From positions 15,252,001-15,316,000 of the forward strand of contig JBHGNT010000020.1 of assembly GCA_043228905.1 (NCBI GenBank): a DNA stretch of 64,000 bases. Reading direction: 5' to 3'. This stretch comes from Azolla caroliniana (lineage: Eukaryota > Plantae > Polypodiophyta). Below the pieces are notes generated by a model. The model did no database searches. It saw only the letters and a list, made by a program, of their open reading frames with translations, and was not told the origin of the DNA. Positions 38,122 through 49,231 of this stretch are shown here, piece after piece (within the stretch, counting starts at the first letter, position 1; each line of letters opens with the position of its first letter). Made by a program: the position numbers and the translations under genes.

Positions 38122-40902
38122 TGTTGTTGGGGTGGGGGGTGAAACCTAGAATGGCTTCACCCCCCTCCCAAGGGGGTTAAGTTAGAGAGAGAGCAAGAGA
38201 GGAAGACAAATACGAAATGACACCAAATGAGAGGGGAAAAAACTATCTCTCATTACATGCCCCATAAGGGGTTTATATAATACATAATGTAACGGTAACT
38301 AATATGTCCGTTACAAAAAGAGACCATTACATTCTTGTCACATGCACATAATTGTGCATGTGCTCACACACACTCATCCTCACAATCATATACATTACAC
38401 ATACCGAACAACCCCTTTAACGTGTTTTACCCTTATACCGCCCCATACAACTCCTACGGGTAACACATGGCACGCTTGTGGGACAGTGCATCGCACGGTG
38501 AACCCACTCACCATGGCAACTATTAACGACCGGAACTCCATCTGTCGTCTCAATAGTCGGAAATCCATCAACCGGATTTATAGCTCTACAATCGATAACT
38601 TCGATCAGAGCATTGCTTGACTCGAACCTTCTCGTTTTGTAAGCATGTCGCTCAATTGGATCACACACCAATTAGCTAGTTCAATGTGGTATGGGTCATG
38701 AAATCGTGTTGTGCATTTGTGTATTTTTTATTTCATCATGTGAGTTGTGTTTTCGAAATTTCATGATTTGTACCACTTATTTTTTGAAATTCTAGTTTTT
38801 ACCCTCATGTTTTTAGATTTTTATTTTCTGCCCTCCAGTTTTGGAAATCTTCTCTGATACCCTCGAGCTTCTAAAATTTGATTGTGTGCCCTTGATTTCA
38901 TGCAAATTTTCGTTGTGTACCCTTCTCTTCTTTCGTTTCCTCTCTTCACCTTCTTTTTCTCTTGTCCTCTTTTTTGTTTCTTCTCTCTTCTCTGCGTCTA
39001 ACTTCTTCTTTTTCTCCTGATTCTGATTTTTCTTCGTTCTTCTTTTGTCTGCATTCTTCTTCCTCCTATGTCCTCTTTATCCCTTCCTTTCCCCTACTTT
39101 GCTTCCCCGTTTCCATCTTGTTCTCCTCTTTTTCCTTCTCTTTTCTTTCTTCCGTTTCTTCTTCACTTTCATCCGTTTCTCCTTCTTTAGCCATGGCAGA
39201 GCTCGGTGGAGCTCTCTCTCTACTCTGTCTTGGTCTGTGTCTGTGTCTGTGTCTGTGTCTATGTCTGTTTAGGTCGTTTATGTTCGTCTTCTCAGCCGCT
39301 ACTCTGGACCGTGCTTTTGGCTACGCATCTCGGCTATGCTTTTCGCCGCGCGTCTTGGCCGTCGTTTCTCGGCCATCACTTGGCCGTACTCTCGGTCTGG
39401 CCGGTTATATGACCGCCTAGCCGGACCAGCTATCCGGTTGGCTGTTGGCACCGACTGTCGCCGTCTATCTGTTAGCCGCCGCTCCTGGCCGGTCCGGGTC
39501 CATCCGTTGTCCCCGTATCCGGTGTCATCTATGGTTGCTAGACACCGGTTGTCTGGCTGTCTGTCGGCCTTTTTCATTCGCCGGTCGTCTCTTAGCCGTT
39601 ACTTAGTTGTTGGCCATCCCTGAACCCTGGCATGTTGTCAGAGCTCACAATGAGTGCATATGTTTCTCTATTGATAGAATAACAGGTGCTTCATCATGTC
39701 CACTGATAGGAGATACGCTGCACACCCTATGCAATAGATGTTGAAGGACTTGTAGTTTGATCCCATTTTGTACTTGTTGATTACCACAGGTGAGAGTGAC
39801 AGAGGCAATAGTTGATTGCCCACAATAGCACAAGGATGAAGGCCGCCATGTCCACACCTAGATACTGCCCTCGTTTTTGTAAAAGGCATAGGTCCAAATA
39901 GGAAAGAGTTCATCTTTTCTGCTTTAGTGCTGAAGACGAGGCCATTGACATTGATTACAGCACAAGAATAGAGGAAAAGAAGGAGTGGGATATACCATGG
40001 GTCTGAAAGATTGAGTCTGTCTCCTTCTGCAATGACCAAAATACAACTTGTGGTAGCAACGTGTTGCAGCAAGGTAAAATGATCTTGCATGTTGATCTTC
40101 AAAGCGAGAAGAGAACCAGTAAGGGGGTGTAGGTAGTTGGATGAGATGATGATCCGAGATGATGACAATTAGAATCACAATAGTAGCTTGCTTCTATTGT
40201 AGTTAATGACGAAGCAAAATCAGAAATCATTTTTAAAGAGGATTAACACACATGCGCGATAGAAACCTTGTGCTCCCTGATCACACTGAACAACCAAGAG
40301 CAAGCAAGAAGTTTAGGGTTATGGGAAAGATAAATAGATAGACTTCCTCTAAGGGGTACTGTGGAGATCTCCATCACAGTTTGGCTGTCACACAAAGAGT
40401 CCACGTACAAACTACACTCTCCAACACAGATACAGATAGACACGCAGAGAGGGAGAGAACGAGGGATTAGTTGGGGATTAGTGATGGAGCGGGAGATTGA
40501 GGGAGTGTGACACTTCTTCTCAAGGGAGGGTCGTCCGTTCGGGCGTGCCAAAAGTGTTGTTGGGGTGGGGGGTGAAACCTAGAATGGCTTCACCCCCCTC
40601 CCAAGGGGGTTAAAGTTAGAGAGAGAGCAAGAGAGGAAGAGAGGAAGACAAATACGAAATGACACAAATGAGAGGGGAAAAAACTCTCATTACATGCCCC
40701 ATAAGGGGTTTATATAATACATAATGTAACGGTAACTAATATGTCCGTTACAAAAAGAGACCGTTACATTCTTGTCACATGCACATAATTGTGCATGTGC
40801 TCACACATACTCATCCTCACACTCATATACATTACATATACCGAACAACCCCTTTAATGTGTTTTACCCTTATACCGCCCCGTACAACTCCTACGGGTAA
40901 CA
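38122..40902 (-). mobile_element. Non-autonomous 2.8-kb LTR element, family F, without recognisable gag/pol
   Basis: LTRs 38122-38465 and 40555-40902, nearly identical; perfect TSD CATAT; tRNA-Arg-like sites at 38468-38484 and 40533-40550; TATATAAA on minus strand. Confidence 0.93.
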
Positions 40903-41509
40903 CATATCTCCATGTAGGAAAGCCATCTTGACATCTAGTTGCTCAAGCGCTAGGTCCTCTATCGCCATGACCCCGAGTAGGAACCAAATGGTGGTAATCT
41001 TGACTACTAGTTAGTATATCTCGTTGTAATCGACCTAGCATTCTTGTTTGAATCCTTTTGCGATGAGCCAAGCTTTGTAGTTGGGCTTGTTCGAGTTAGA
41101 TACATATTTGTACCTGAAGACCCGTTTGCAAGGTAGCGGTTTCCTTCAATCTAGTAGTTCGACTAGCTCCCATGTCTAATTCTGATGAATCGAGTCCATC
41201 TCGGATTGCATGGCTTGTTGCGATGTGTTGGCATCCGGTGCGACTATACCTTCTTCGTATGTGCTTGGTTCGCCTGCATCGGTGTCGTTGATGTAGTTGA
41301 GGCCCGATTGATAGAACTCTATTGGCCTTCGAACTCGTCCGGATCTCCTGGGTGCCGAAGTGATCGGTTTGGATCCTTCGATAGGCTCTATCAGTTGATT
41401 GGTATTTGTTGAACCATTGATATCAGAAGTCTTGTTGGATGATTCGCCCCTATAGAGGGATTTCGGCAGTGTCACGTCATCCTCCCCTTCTTTGGGATCG
41501 ATTGACATG

Positions 41510-42746
41510 GCAACTTTTGCCTTGGCCATATTGTCTTTGTCAGTTTCCAGACAATATGGCCAAACTCCCACAGGCGCACAGGAGGAAATACGGACAGAAC
41601 CACCTGTGGAGATGATACAGGAGGATGCGATGGCCGACCATCAAGACGGAGACGCAACAAATGCAGAAACCATGACGCGGGGACTTCTAGCTGAGCCGGA
41701 AAATGGTGAGCCCATCCACATCACGACATTGCCTGTTACGATAAACAACGACAAGTGCCATGGCAGAGGCATGGCAGAGGCAGTGGCTGCCACAACAACA
41801 AAGAGAAGAAGCAACAGGAAGAGAAGATGAAGAAGAAGAGAAGATGAAGAAGAAGATAAGAAGAAAACGAAATCGACAGACAGATAGGAGAACAAATAAA
41901 GAACAAGAATACAAGAAAGCAAGAGAGAAAGAGAAAGGGGCACAGAGGAAAATTTCAATAATTTGAGGGCATATCATCGAATTTCAGAAGCTCGAGGGCA
42001 GAAGAGAAAATTTCAAAAAACGGAGGGTAGAAAATAAAAATTTTAAAACATGAGGGTAAAAACTAGAATTTCAAGTGGTACAAATCATGAAATTTCAAAA
42101 ATACAACTCACATGATGAAAGAAAGAATGCACAAACACACAACACGATTTCATGACCCATGCCGCAATGAACGAGCCGATTGGTGTGTGATCCAATCCAG
42201 AGATGTGTTGACCGAACGAGAAGGTTCGAGTCAAGCAAACGCTCCAATCAAAGTTATCGATCATAGATCTATGATCCGGTTGAGGGATTTCCGACTATCG
42301 AGACGACCGATGGAGTTTCGGTCAAGAAGAGTTGCCATGGCGAGTAGGTTCACCGTGCAATGCACTGTCCCACAGGCGTACCATGTGTTACCCATAGGAG
42401 TATATGGGGAGCCATAAGGGGTGGAACACAATAATGTGGTTGATGTGATGTGTAATATGGATGAGTGTGTGAGGGTGAGTATGTGTATGAACACATGCAC
42501 ATTTGTGTGCATGTGTACAAAAGTGAAAGAGTGGGTCAGTAATGTAACTCCTTATTTGTCTCATTCTTTTGTAACGGTTACCTTATGTACTATATAAACC
42601 CCTTATGGGGCATGTAATGGATATAGAATTTTCCCCTCATTTTGGTTTGTTTTTCTTTATTTTTTTTTTAACTCTCTCTCCCTCACACGTAATTCCCCTT
42701 GGGAGGGGGGTGAAGCCATTCTAGGCTTCACCCCCACCCATCAACA
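41510..42746 (+). mobile_element. 5'-truncated relative of family F (3' internal region plus LTR 42386-42746), opposite orientation
   Basis: 41830-42746 is an inverted diverged copy of ~38122-39050; GTCCCACAGGCGTACCA-TG precedes the LTR; left boundary approximate. Confidence 0.85.
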
Positions 42747-44356
42747 GGGTGGTGTCGGCTCGGTCTATTTCGATTGTTTGTCGAATCACCGATTCGGCCC
42801 AGTGGGTCGGTCTTTCTACGCGTCCCTGTCAATTTCGAAGGAGACCTTTCTGCCCACTGTTGTTTGTTGGTTCTATTCAGAGAGAATAGTGTCTTCATTG
42901 AAGACTACATCATTGCTCTAGATCAACTTCCAATTCTCTTGGTCCCATATCCTGTAGCCGAATTCCCCAACAGTTCCATAAATGAGAAATATGCATTTTG
43001 TTACATGGGGTGCCAACTTGGTCCTCTTCTCCCTAGGGATGAATGCATAGGCTTCACATCTGAATATATGAAGTCTGTCATAGGTCGGTTGTTTTCCTAA
43101 ATATAGTGTGTGTGGCACTTCGAGCCTGATTGCTTTTGACGGTAATAGATTTATCAAGTAAACTACCGCTGCAATGCTTAGGCCCAGAACTCTAGCTTCA
43201 GTTCGGCTTGTTGGAGCATTGTCGTCACCCTCTTTTGGATCATTCGGTTGATCCATTCTGCCACTCCATTCTGCATGGTTGTGTAAGGAACAGTCTTTTG
43301 GTGCCGGATCCCTTTGTCGGACAGGTACTGTTTGAAGACTCTAGAGGTTTATTCACCTCCGTTGTCGGATCAGAGTGCCTTCACTCTATATCCTAACCGC
43401 CTCTCCACTTCAGCTATCCACCAAGTGAAGACCTCGAGCAATTCATCTTTCGACCTAAGTGAGTAGGCCCAAACCTGGCGTATACAGTCATCTACAAATG
43501 TGATGAAGTATTGGGAGCCCCCTCGAGATCTGTCAGGTATAGGCCCACATATATCTATGTGCATAAGCTCTAGGGGTTGTCGTACGATCTCATAGTGGAG
43601 AGAATGCGAACTTCGGGTCTGTTTCCCGTATCGACAATGCTCACAAAAGTTTGTCTTGTTCTGGAGTTTTAGGTTGTAGCCAACTGCCATCAGCCGATCG
43701 AGTCTGACTTGAGGCATAGGGCCAAGTCGGCCATGTCATAGGTTCAGGTCGGTCTTTTCGGCTATGTTCATGGCCCCTTCTGCATTGATCGCCATCATCT
43801 GGTACAAGTTGTTGTACTTGTGCTGCTTCCAATTTTCATATTTCCCCGGCTGATCATCCATGTCAACTCATTGAGAGTCATTCGGTACCCGTTTTCGGCT
43901 AACATGCGAATGAAGACCAAACTCCTTTTTAGTGCGGGGACGTGTCGGACTTGGTGCAAGATTATCACGTTGCCATTTGGCAGTTGAATTGGTACTTCGC
44001 CTACTCCGGCGATTTTACATTCCTGCCGATTGTATTTCTTTTCTTTTCTTTAAGTTTTCTATTGAGTTATGCAGGCCACCACCTTCTTTGGCGAGCTCTC
44101 CATCCCACACCCACGCGAGCTTCTTCACTCGCTTTTTCTTCCTCTTCTTCTCCTCCTTTCCCTTTTCCCTTCCCCCTTATTCAGCCACGATGGGAGTGGC
44201 TTTTATAGGGGAGGTCAACCACCCAGCCACCTTGAAGCGGTTTTTTTATTTTTATTTTTTTTATTGTTAAAAATTAGGTAAGTAATTAAGGGTTAATTAG
44301 TTATGTGATTAAGTTAAGCGGAAGATTATATGATATGTGTGTGTATGTGTGTGAGA

Positions 44357-44398
<42 letters not shown>

Positions 44399-47300
44399 CA
44401 CTTATGGAGAACACAAGTTGGGGGATGAGTAACTATATCAAATTAGCATTATCATCATCAAATACAAAAATACCCACAATGAGGTATATATACATCTCAT
44501 GTGCAAGAGTGCACATGTGTGAGTGGAATATAAGGTGTAAATCTTATATTAAATGTACTTAGGAGTGGAGGATCTAGATTATCCCACTTAAGTATAAGGT
44601 CCTATTTAAGTCGTTATAGTCAACACTTCTAACTAGATTCTATCTAGGTAACTACGAAGTTACTGTAGAGAAATCGTTACGGAATTAATCACAATAATCA
44701 GACAAAGCTGAAATACGAATCACACCAAAACAAATGCGAGAAAAAAAACAAGATAGACGACTATACACAGAGATTTACGTGGAAACCCTAAAACGGGGAA
44801 AACCATGGGTGAACAGATTCTTCACTATAATATAGTGGATATACAATACAGAGAAGATTACAAACACTCTGTCGAGTGTATCAACTACACAGGGCTCTTC
44901 GCGTCTGTTGTTACACACGCAACTATGGTGCAGCTCTCACTTCTCTCTCTCTTTTCCTACACATTGTCCGTCAACTCACACACTCAGATGTTTGCCCTAG
45001 TTCCATATATACTTACACAACTTTTTGGTTATTTACATATGTAGCCCTCATGGGATGCACACTTAGACTATTTACAAATATAGTCTCCCGAGTTGGCTAT
45101 TATACACAATTCCGGTTTTGGCCTCAGCTGAGTTCCTCATCAACTTGACTCCTGTTTTCCGACTCTTCAAATATCGGTTTTCCGAACAGTTGGGTCATCC
45201 TCCCACTAGAGGGACATATTCCCAACAAACTCCCCCTTCACTCCTGTGGGAGGAAATCTGTCAGTCTTGTATTTTGTCGACAGACTCTGAGTTTGTCCAT
45301 AGGTAGGTTCTTCATCAGCATGTCGGATCCATTGTCGTCAGTATGGATCTTCACAAGAGCAAACTCTCCATCTTCGACTCTCTCCTGCAACCAGTGATAC
45401 CTTTTCTGTATGTGCTTGGTCCGGGAGTGGTATGCCGCGTTCTTGGCTAGGTGTATGGTGCTTTGGTTGTCACAATGAAGCAAGAACTCCTTTTGCTTCA
45501 TGCCTAGTTCGGCGAGAAAATTTCTCATCCAGATCAGCGCTTTCCCGGCTTCTACCGTCGCCATATACTCTGCCTCTATAGTTGACAAGGCTACAGACTT
45601 CTGCAGTCGTGCCTGCCACAACACTACTCCCCCTGCATAGGTCATCACGTACCCTGACGTGGATTGGCTTGAGTCGACATCTCCTAACATGTCTGAATCG
45701 GTAAAACCTTCCAGCACAGGTTTTCCAACACCATACCTTAGGCACACCCCCGAGGTGCCCTTTAAGTACCTAAGTATCCATTTCACCGTTGCCCAGTGTT
45801 CTCTCCCTAGATTACTCATATATCGGCTTACTGCTCCAACTACAAATGCTATGTCTGGTCTCGTACAGACCATAGCATACATTAGACTGCCGACGGCTGA
45901 GGCATATGGTACCTTCCTCATCTCAGCCTTTTCCTTCTTCCCTTTTGGACACTACTTCGCATTCAGTTTGCAATTTGTCGGCAACACTAAGCCGACCGGA
46001 TTTGCGTTCAACATGTTGAACCTCTCTAGGATCTTCGTCACATACTTCTGTTGTGACAACCATAGCACCTTTCGAGCTCTGTCTCAGGTTATGTGCATTC
46101 CTAGGATTTGCTTTGCCGGTCCAAGGTCTTTCATGGCAAATTATTTGCCGAGAGCTTTCTTCAAGCTTCCAATCTTCCTTGTGTTTTGATCGATTATCAA
46201 CATGTCATCAACATATAGCAAGAGAATCAAGAAATCTCCTTCCTCATACCTTTTGACGAACACACAGTGATCGGCCTGTGTTTTCTGGAACCGATGTTCC
46301 ATCATGAAGGACTCGAATTTCTTGTACCATTGGCGTGGAGCTTGTTTCAGACCGTACAAGCTTTTCCTTAGTCGACATACGAAATTCTCTTTCCCTTTCT
46401 CCTCAAAGCCTTCGGGTTGATGCATGTAGATCTCTTCGTCTAACTCCCCATGCAGAAATGCGGTTTTGACATCCAACTGTTCGATTTCCAAGTCCATGTT
46501 GGCCGCTATGATCAGAACAGTTCGTATGGATGTCATCTTCACGACTGGTGCGAAAATTTCGTCAAAGATGACGCCCTTCCTCTGTTGGAAACCCTTCACC
46601 ACTATTCGAGCTTTATACCTGGGCTCGTTGTCGACTTCTCCAATCTTCACCTTGTAGACCCATTTATTCCTGAGTGCTCTCTTACCTTTCAACAGCTCTA
46701 CTAGGTCGTAGGTGTAATTCGCGTGCAAGGATTCCATCTCCTCTTGCATCGCGTTCAGCCATTTTTCTCTGCTCTCGTCGGCAATGGCTTCATCATAGCA
46801 CTCTAGTTCACCGTCATCAGTCAAGAGGATGTATTGATTGGCATATGTAATCGGTGCCTTCCTTTCTCTGAGTGGGTATCTCCTTCCACTCCTCGTTGGC
46901 TCTCTTTCGGATGTCTCTGCCAACTCTTCTCTCTGCTCGGGATTCTGCTCATCAATCGGCATCTCCAGGTTGGACAACTCCAACTCATATTCCTCAATGA
47001 TTTTAGCAGATCTGCTGACTCCAACTCATAGTGTCTTTCCGAGTCGACCGACTCAGATTCGGCTCTGTCGGCCAGCTGTCTCCTTACAGCTACCGGTGAC
47101 GACACACTTGGCTTAAGTCGATGGTAATCGAGGTTGACTGGGAAGTCGGTTCCGACTTCTGTTGCTTCCAGTATTCAATTATCTTGTCTTCTAGAAAGAC
47201 TACATCCCGACTTCTCACTACCTTCTTGTCGACTAAGTCCCACAACCTATAGCCGAACTCATCTTCCGAGTATCCCATGAATATGCTCTTTTGACTTGTT

Positions 47301-47768
47301 GTCGAGCTTTGATCTCTGATCCTTTGGTACATGCACATATGCCAAACATCCGAACACCCTCAGGTGTTGGTAGGAGACATCCTTCCCTGTCCACACCCTC
47401 TATGGGAAATCACCCTTTAATGGCATTGAGGGAGACCTATTGATCAGATAAACAGTTGTGTACATCGCCTCAGCCCAATGTCATAACTAGACTCGAACCC
47501 ATAACCTTTTGTTATACGGGTCGAGACTTTACCATTAGGTTATGAATTGTAATTTGAAGGATATTATTTTCATTTAGGTTTTATTGGGAAATTGATGTAT
47601 ATTCCAGATTTCTCTGGAACATTCTAGAAACTTCAGGAGTATTCCTGAAGACACTATAAAAGGAGGCGCAAGGCATTAGTTCGAACCAAATCAGTTCAAC
47701 GCCAGTCTTAAGCCTTCTAACTACTGTTGTATATCTTCCTTCATATAATACATATATCTTTCGCATCA

Positions 47769-47828
<60 letters not shown>

Positions 47829-48061
47829 ACTCATTCCTTCTCTCAAAGTTCGACACCTCTCATAGTACTAATCCTTCTCTGTCTTAGTACTATTCCCCGA
47901 CAATAGTACTAATCCTTCTTTTAGTACTAATTCCTTCTCTGCCTTAATAGAGTTCCTGACAGTTTGAACCGATTTCGGGTGCCTGTCTGGTCTTTTCTCT
48001 CCCTCTTCCTTCTGTCTCCCTCCTTTCCTATTAGTCTCTTATTTCCCTTTTCCTTCATCCC

Positions 48062-49231
48062 ATGGCCACCGTTAGCGCTGAAGAGTATCAATCCGTTTTC
48101 TCGGAATTTCAATGCTTGAAAGAGAAGTTTCATGCTTTGGAACAAGAAAATCAACGCTTGTTGGGGGATCTTCAGCAAATTTCCTTAGAAAAGCAGCAAA
48201 CGCAACAACAGCATGGGGAACTTGCGTTACGCGTGCAACAACTCGAAGCAACCATCGTAGCAATGCAACAACAAGGGCACGGAGCACAAGGGATTCATAA
48301 AGAACCCAAGATTGGCCTTCCCACGAAGTTCGATGGAACGCGATCGCAGTTTAGAGGGTTTCTTAACCAGGTACGGTTAGTTATTCAAATGCATCCGTCC
48401 CGATATCCCACCGATGCATCACGAGTGGGTTTAGTAGGCACGTTGTTAAATGGCTCAGCATTAGCATGGTTCGCTCCGCTACTTGAAAAGGAATCTCCAG
48501 TACTAAATAATTTTGAAGAATTCATAAGTGAGTTTAAAGCATGTTTTGGAGATACTGACAGCATAAGGACTGCAATCAACAAAATCCGGCGATTACGCCA
48601 AGGTGACCGTCCAGCCTCCGCATATGCTGCAGATTTCCGCCTACTCGCCGCCGATATCCCCTGGGATGATCAAGCATTGATGGAGCAGTTCCGCTATGGT
48701 CTACGCAACGATGTCAAGGATTTACTCTTGACTTTCCCTGAAGAGCCAAAATCATTAACAGAAGCAATCAGTCGAGCGGTCAGATGTGACAACCGCCTCT
48801 TCGAGCGACGTTCGGAACGACAATTTCAGATGCCGAGGGCAAGATCCGAGCCTACCTATGCCTCAGTGGTAGCGAAACCTTTTCAAAGGGAGTCACATAA
48901 TGCGCCTCCAGTAAGTACTCCAACTCCAATGGAAATTGACACTACACGTCGTCGTGGGCCGCTATCGGAGGAGGAAAAGCAACGACGCCGAACAAACCGA
49001 TTATGCCTTTATTGCGGTGGACCAGGGCATATCGCGATAAACTGTCCCCATAGACCAAGAAGGCAGGTAAACCAAGTCGTTGTTAGTTCTGACTATACTA
49101 AACCCGAGTCTATTTCAGTAGGAATCTCTGATAGTCCTCATAGTCATAATAGTCCTAATAGTACTAATAGTCCGAATCTCGCAAACAAATTTGATGTCCT
49201 TAGCCAATTAGAAGAAGAGTTAAACGACTAA
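48062..49231 (+). CDS. gag: Gag of intact chromovirus
   Basis: 389 aa; N-terminal coiled coil, KFDG..FL.Q, LRQG, PTPMEID, CLYCGGPGHIAINC. Confidence 0.95.
   Translation: MATVSAEEYQSVFSEFQCLKEKFHALEQENQRLLGDLQQISLEKQQTQQQHGELALRVQQLEATIVAMQQQGHGAQGIHKEPKIGLPTKFDGTRSQFRGFLNQVRLVIQMHPSRYPTDASRVGLVGTLLNGSALAWFAPLLEKESPVLNNFEEFISEFKACFGDTDSIRTAINKIRRLRQGDRPASAYAADFRLLAADIPWDDQALMEQFRYGLRNDVKDLLLTFPEEPKSLTEAISRAVRCDNRLFERRSERQFQMPRARSEPTYASVVAKPFQRESHNAPPVSTPTPMEIDTTRRRGPLSEEEKQRRRTNRLCLYCGGPGHIAINCPHRPRRQVNQVVVSSDYTKPESISVGISDSPHSHNSPNSTNSPNLANKFDVLSQLEEELND

Larger units (their letters stand above)
36861..44050 (-). mobile_element. Fragmented degenerate copia pol (RH/RT 36861-38121, RT start 40903-41505, IN/PR 42747-44050); LTRs not found
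   Basis: IPYAPAIGSIMYAMVTTRPDLAY, GEPSTYEE..AMQSEMDSI, CEHCRYGKQ, HIDICGP, FITFVDD; RT reading continues across the CATAT TSD. Confidence 0.82.

Noticed and set aside
38962-39420. Ser/Phe-rich ORFs here and at 41641-41977
   Set aside because: Translations of CT-rich low-complexity sequence
47479-47545. Functional tRNA gene
   Set aside because: Only A/B-box-like motifs; no convincing acceptor or anticodon stems
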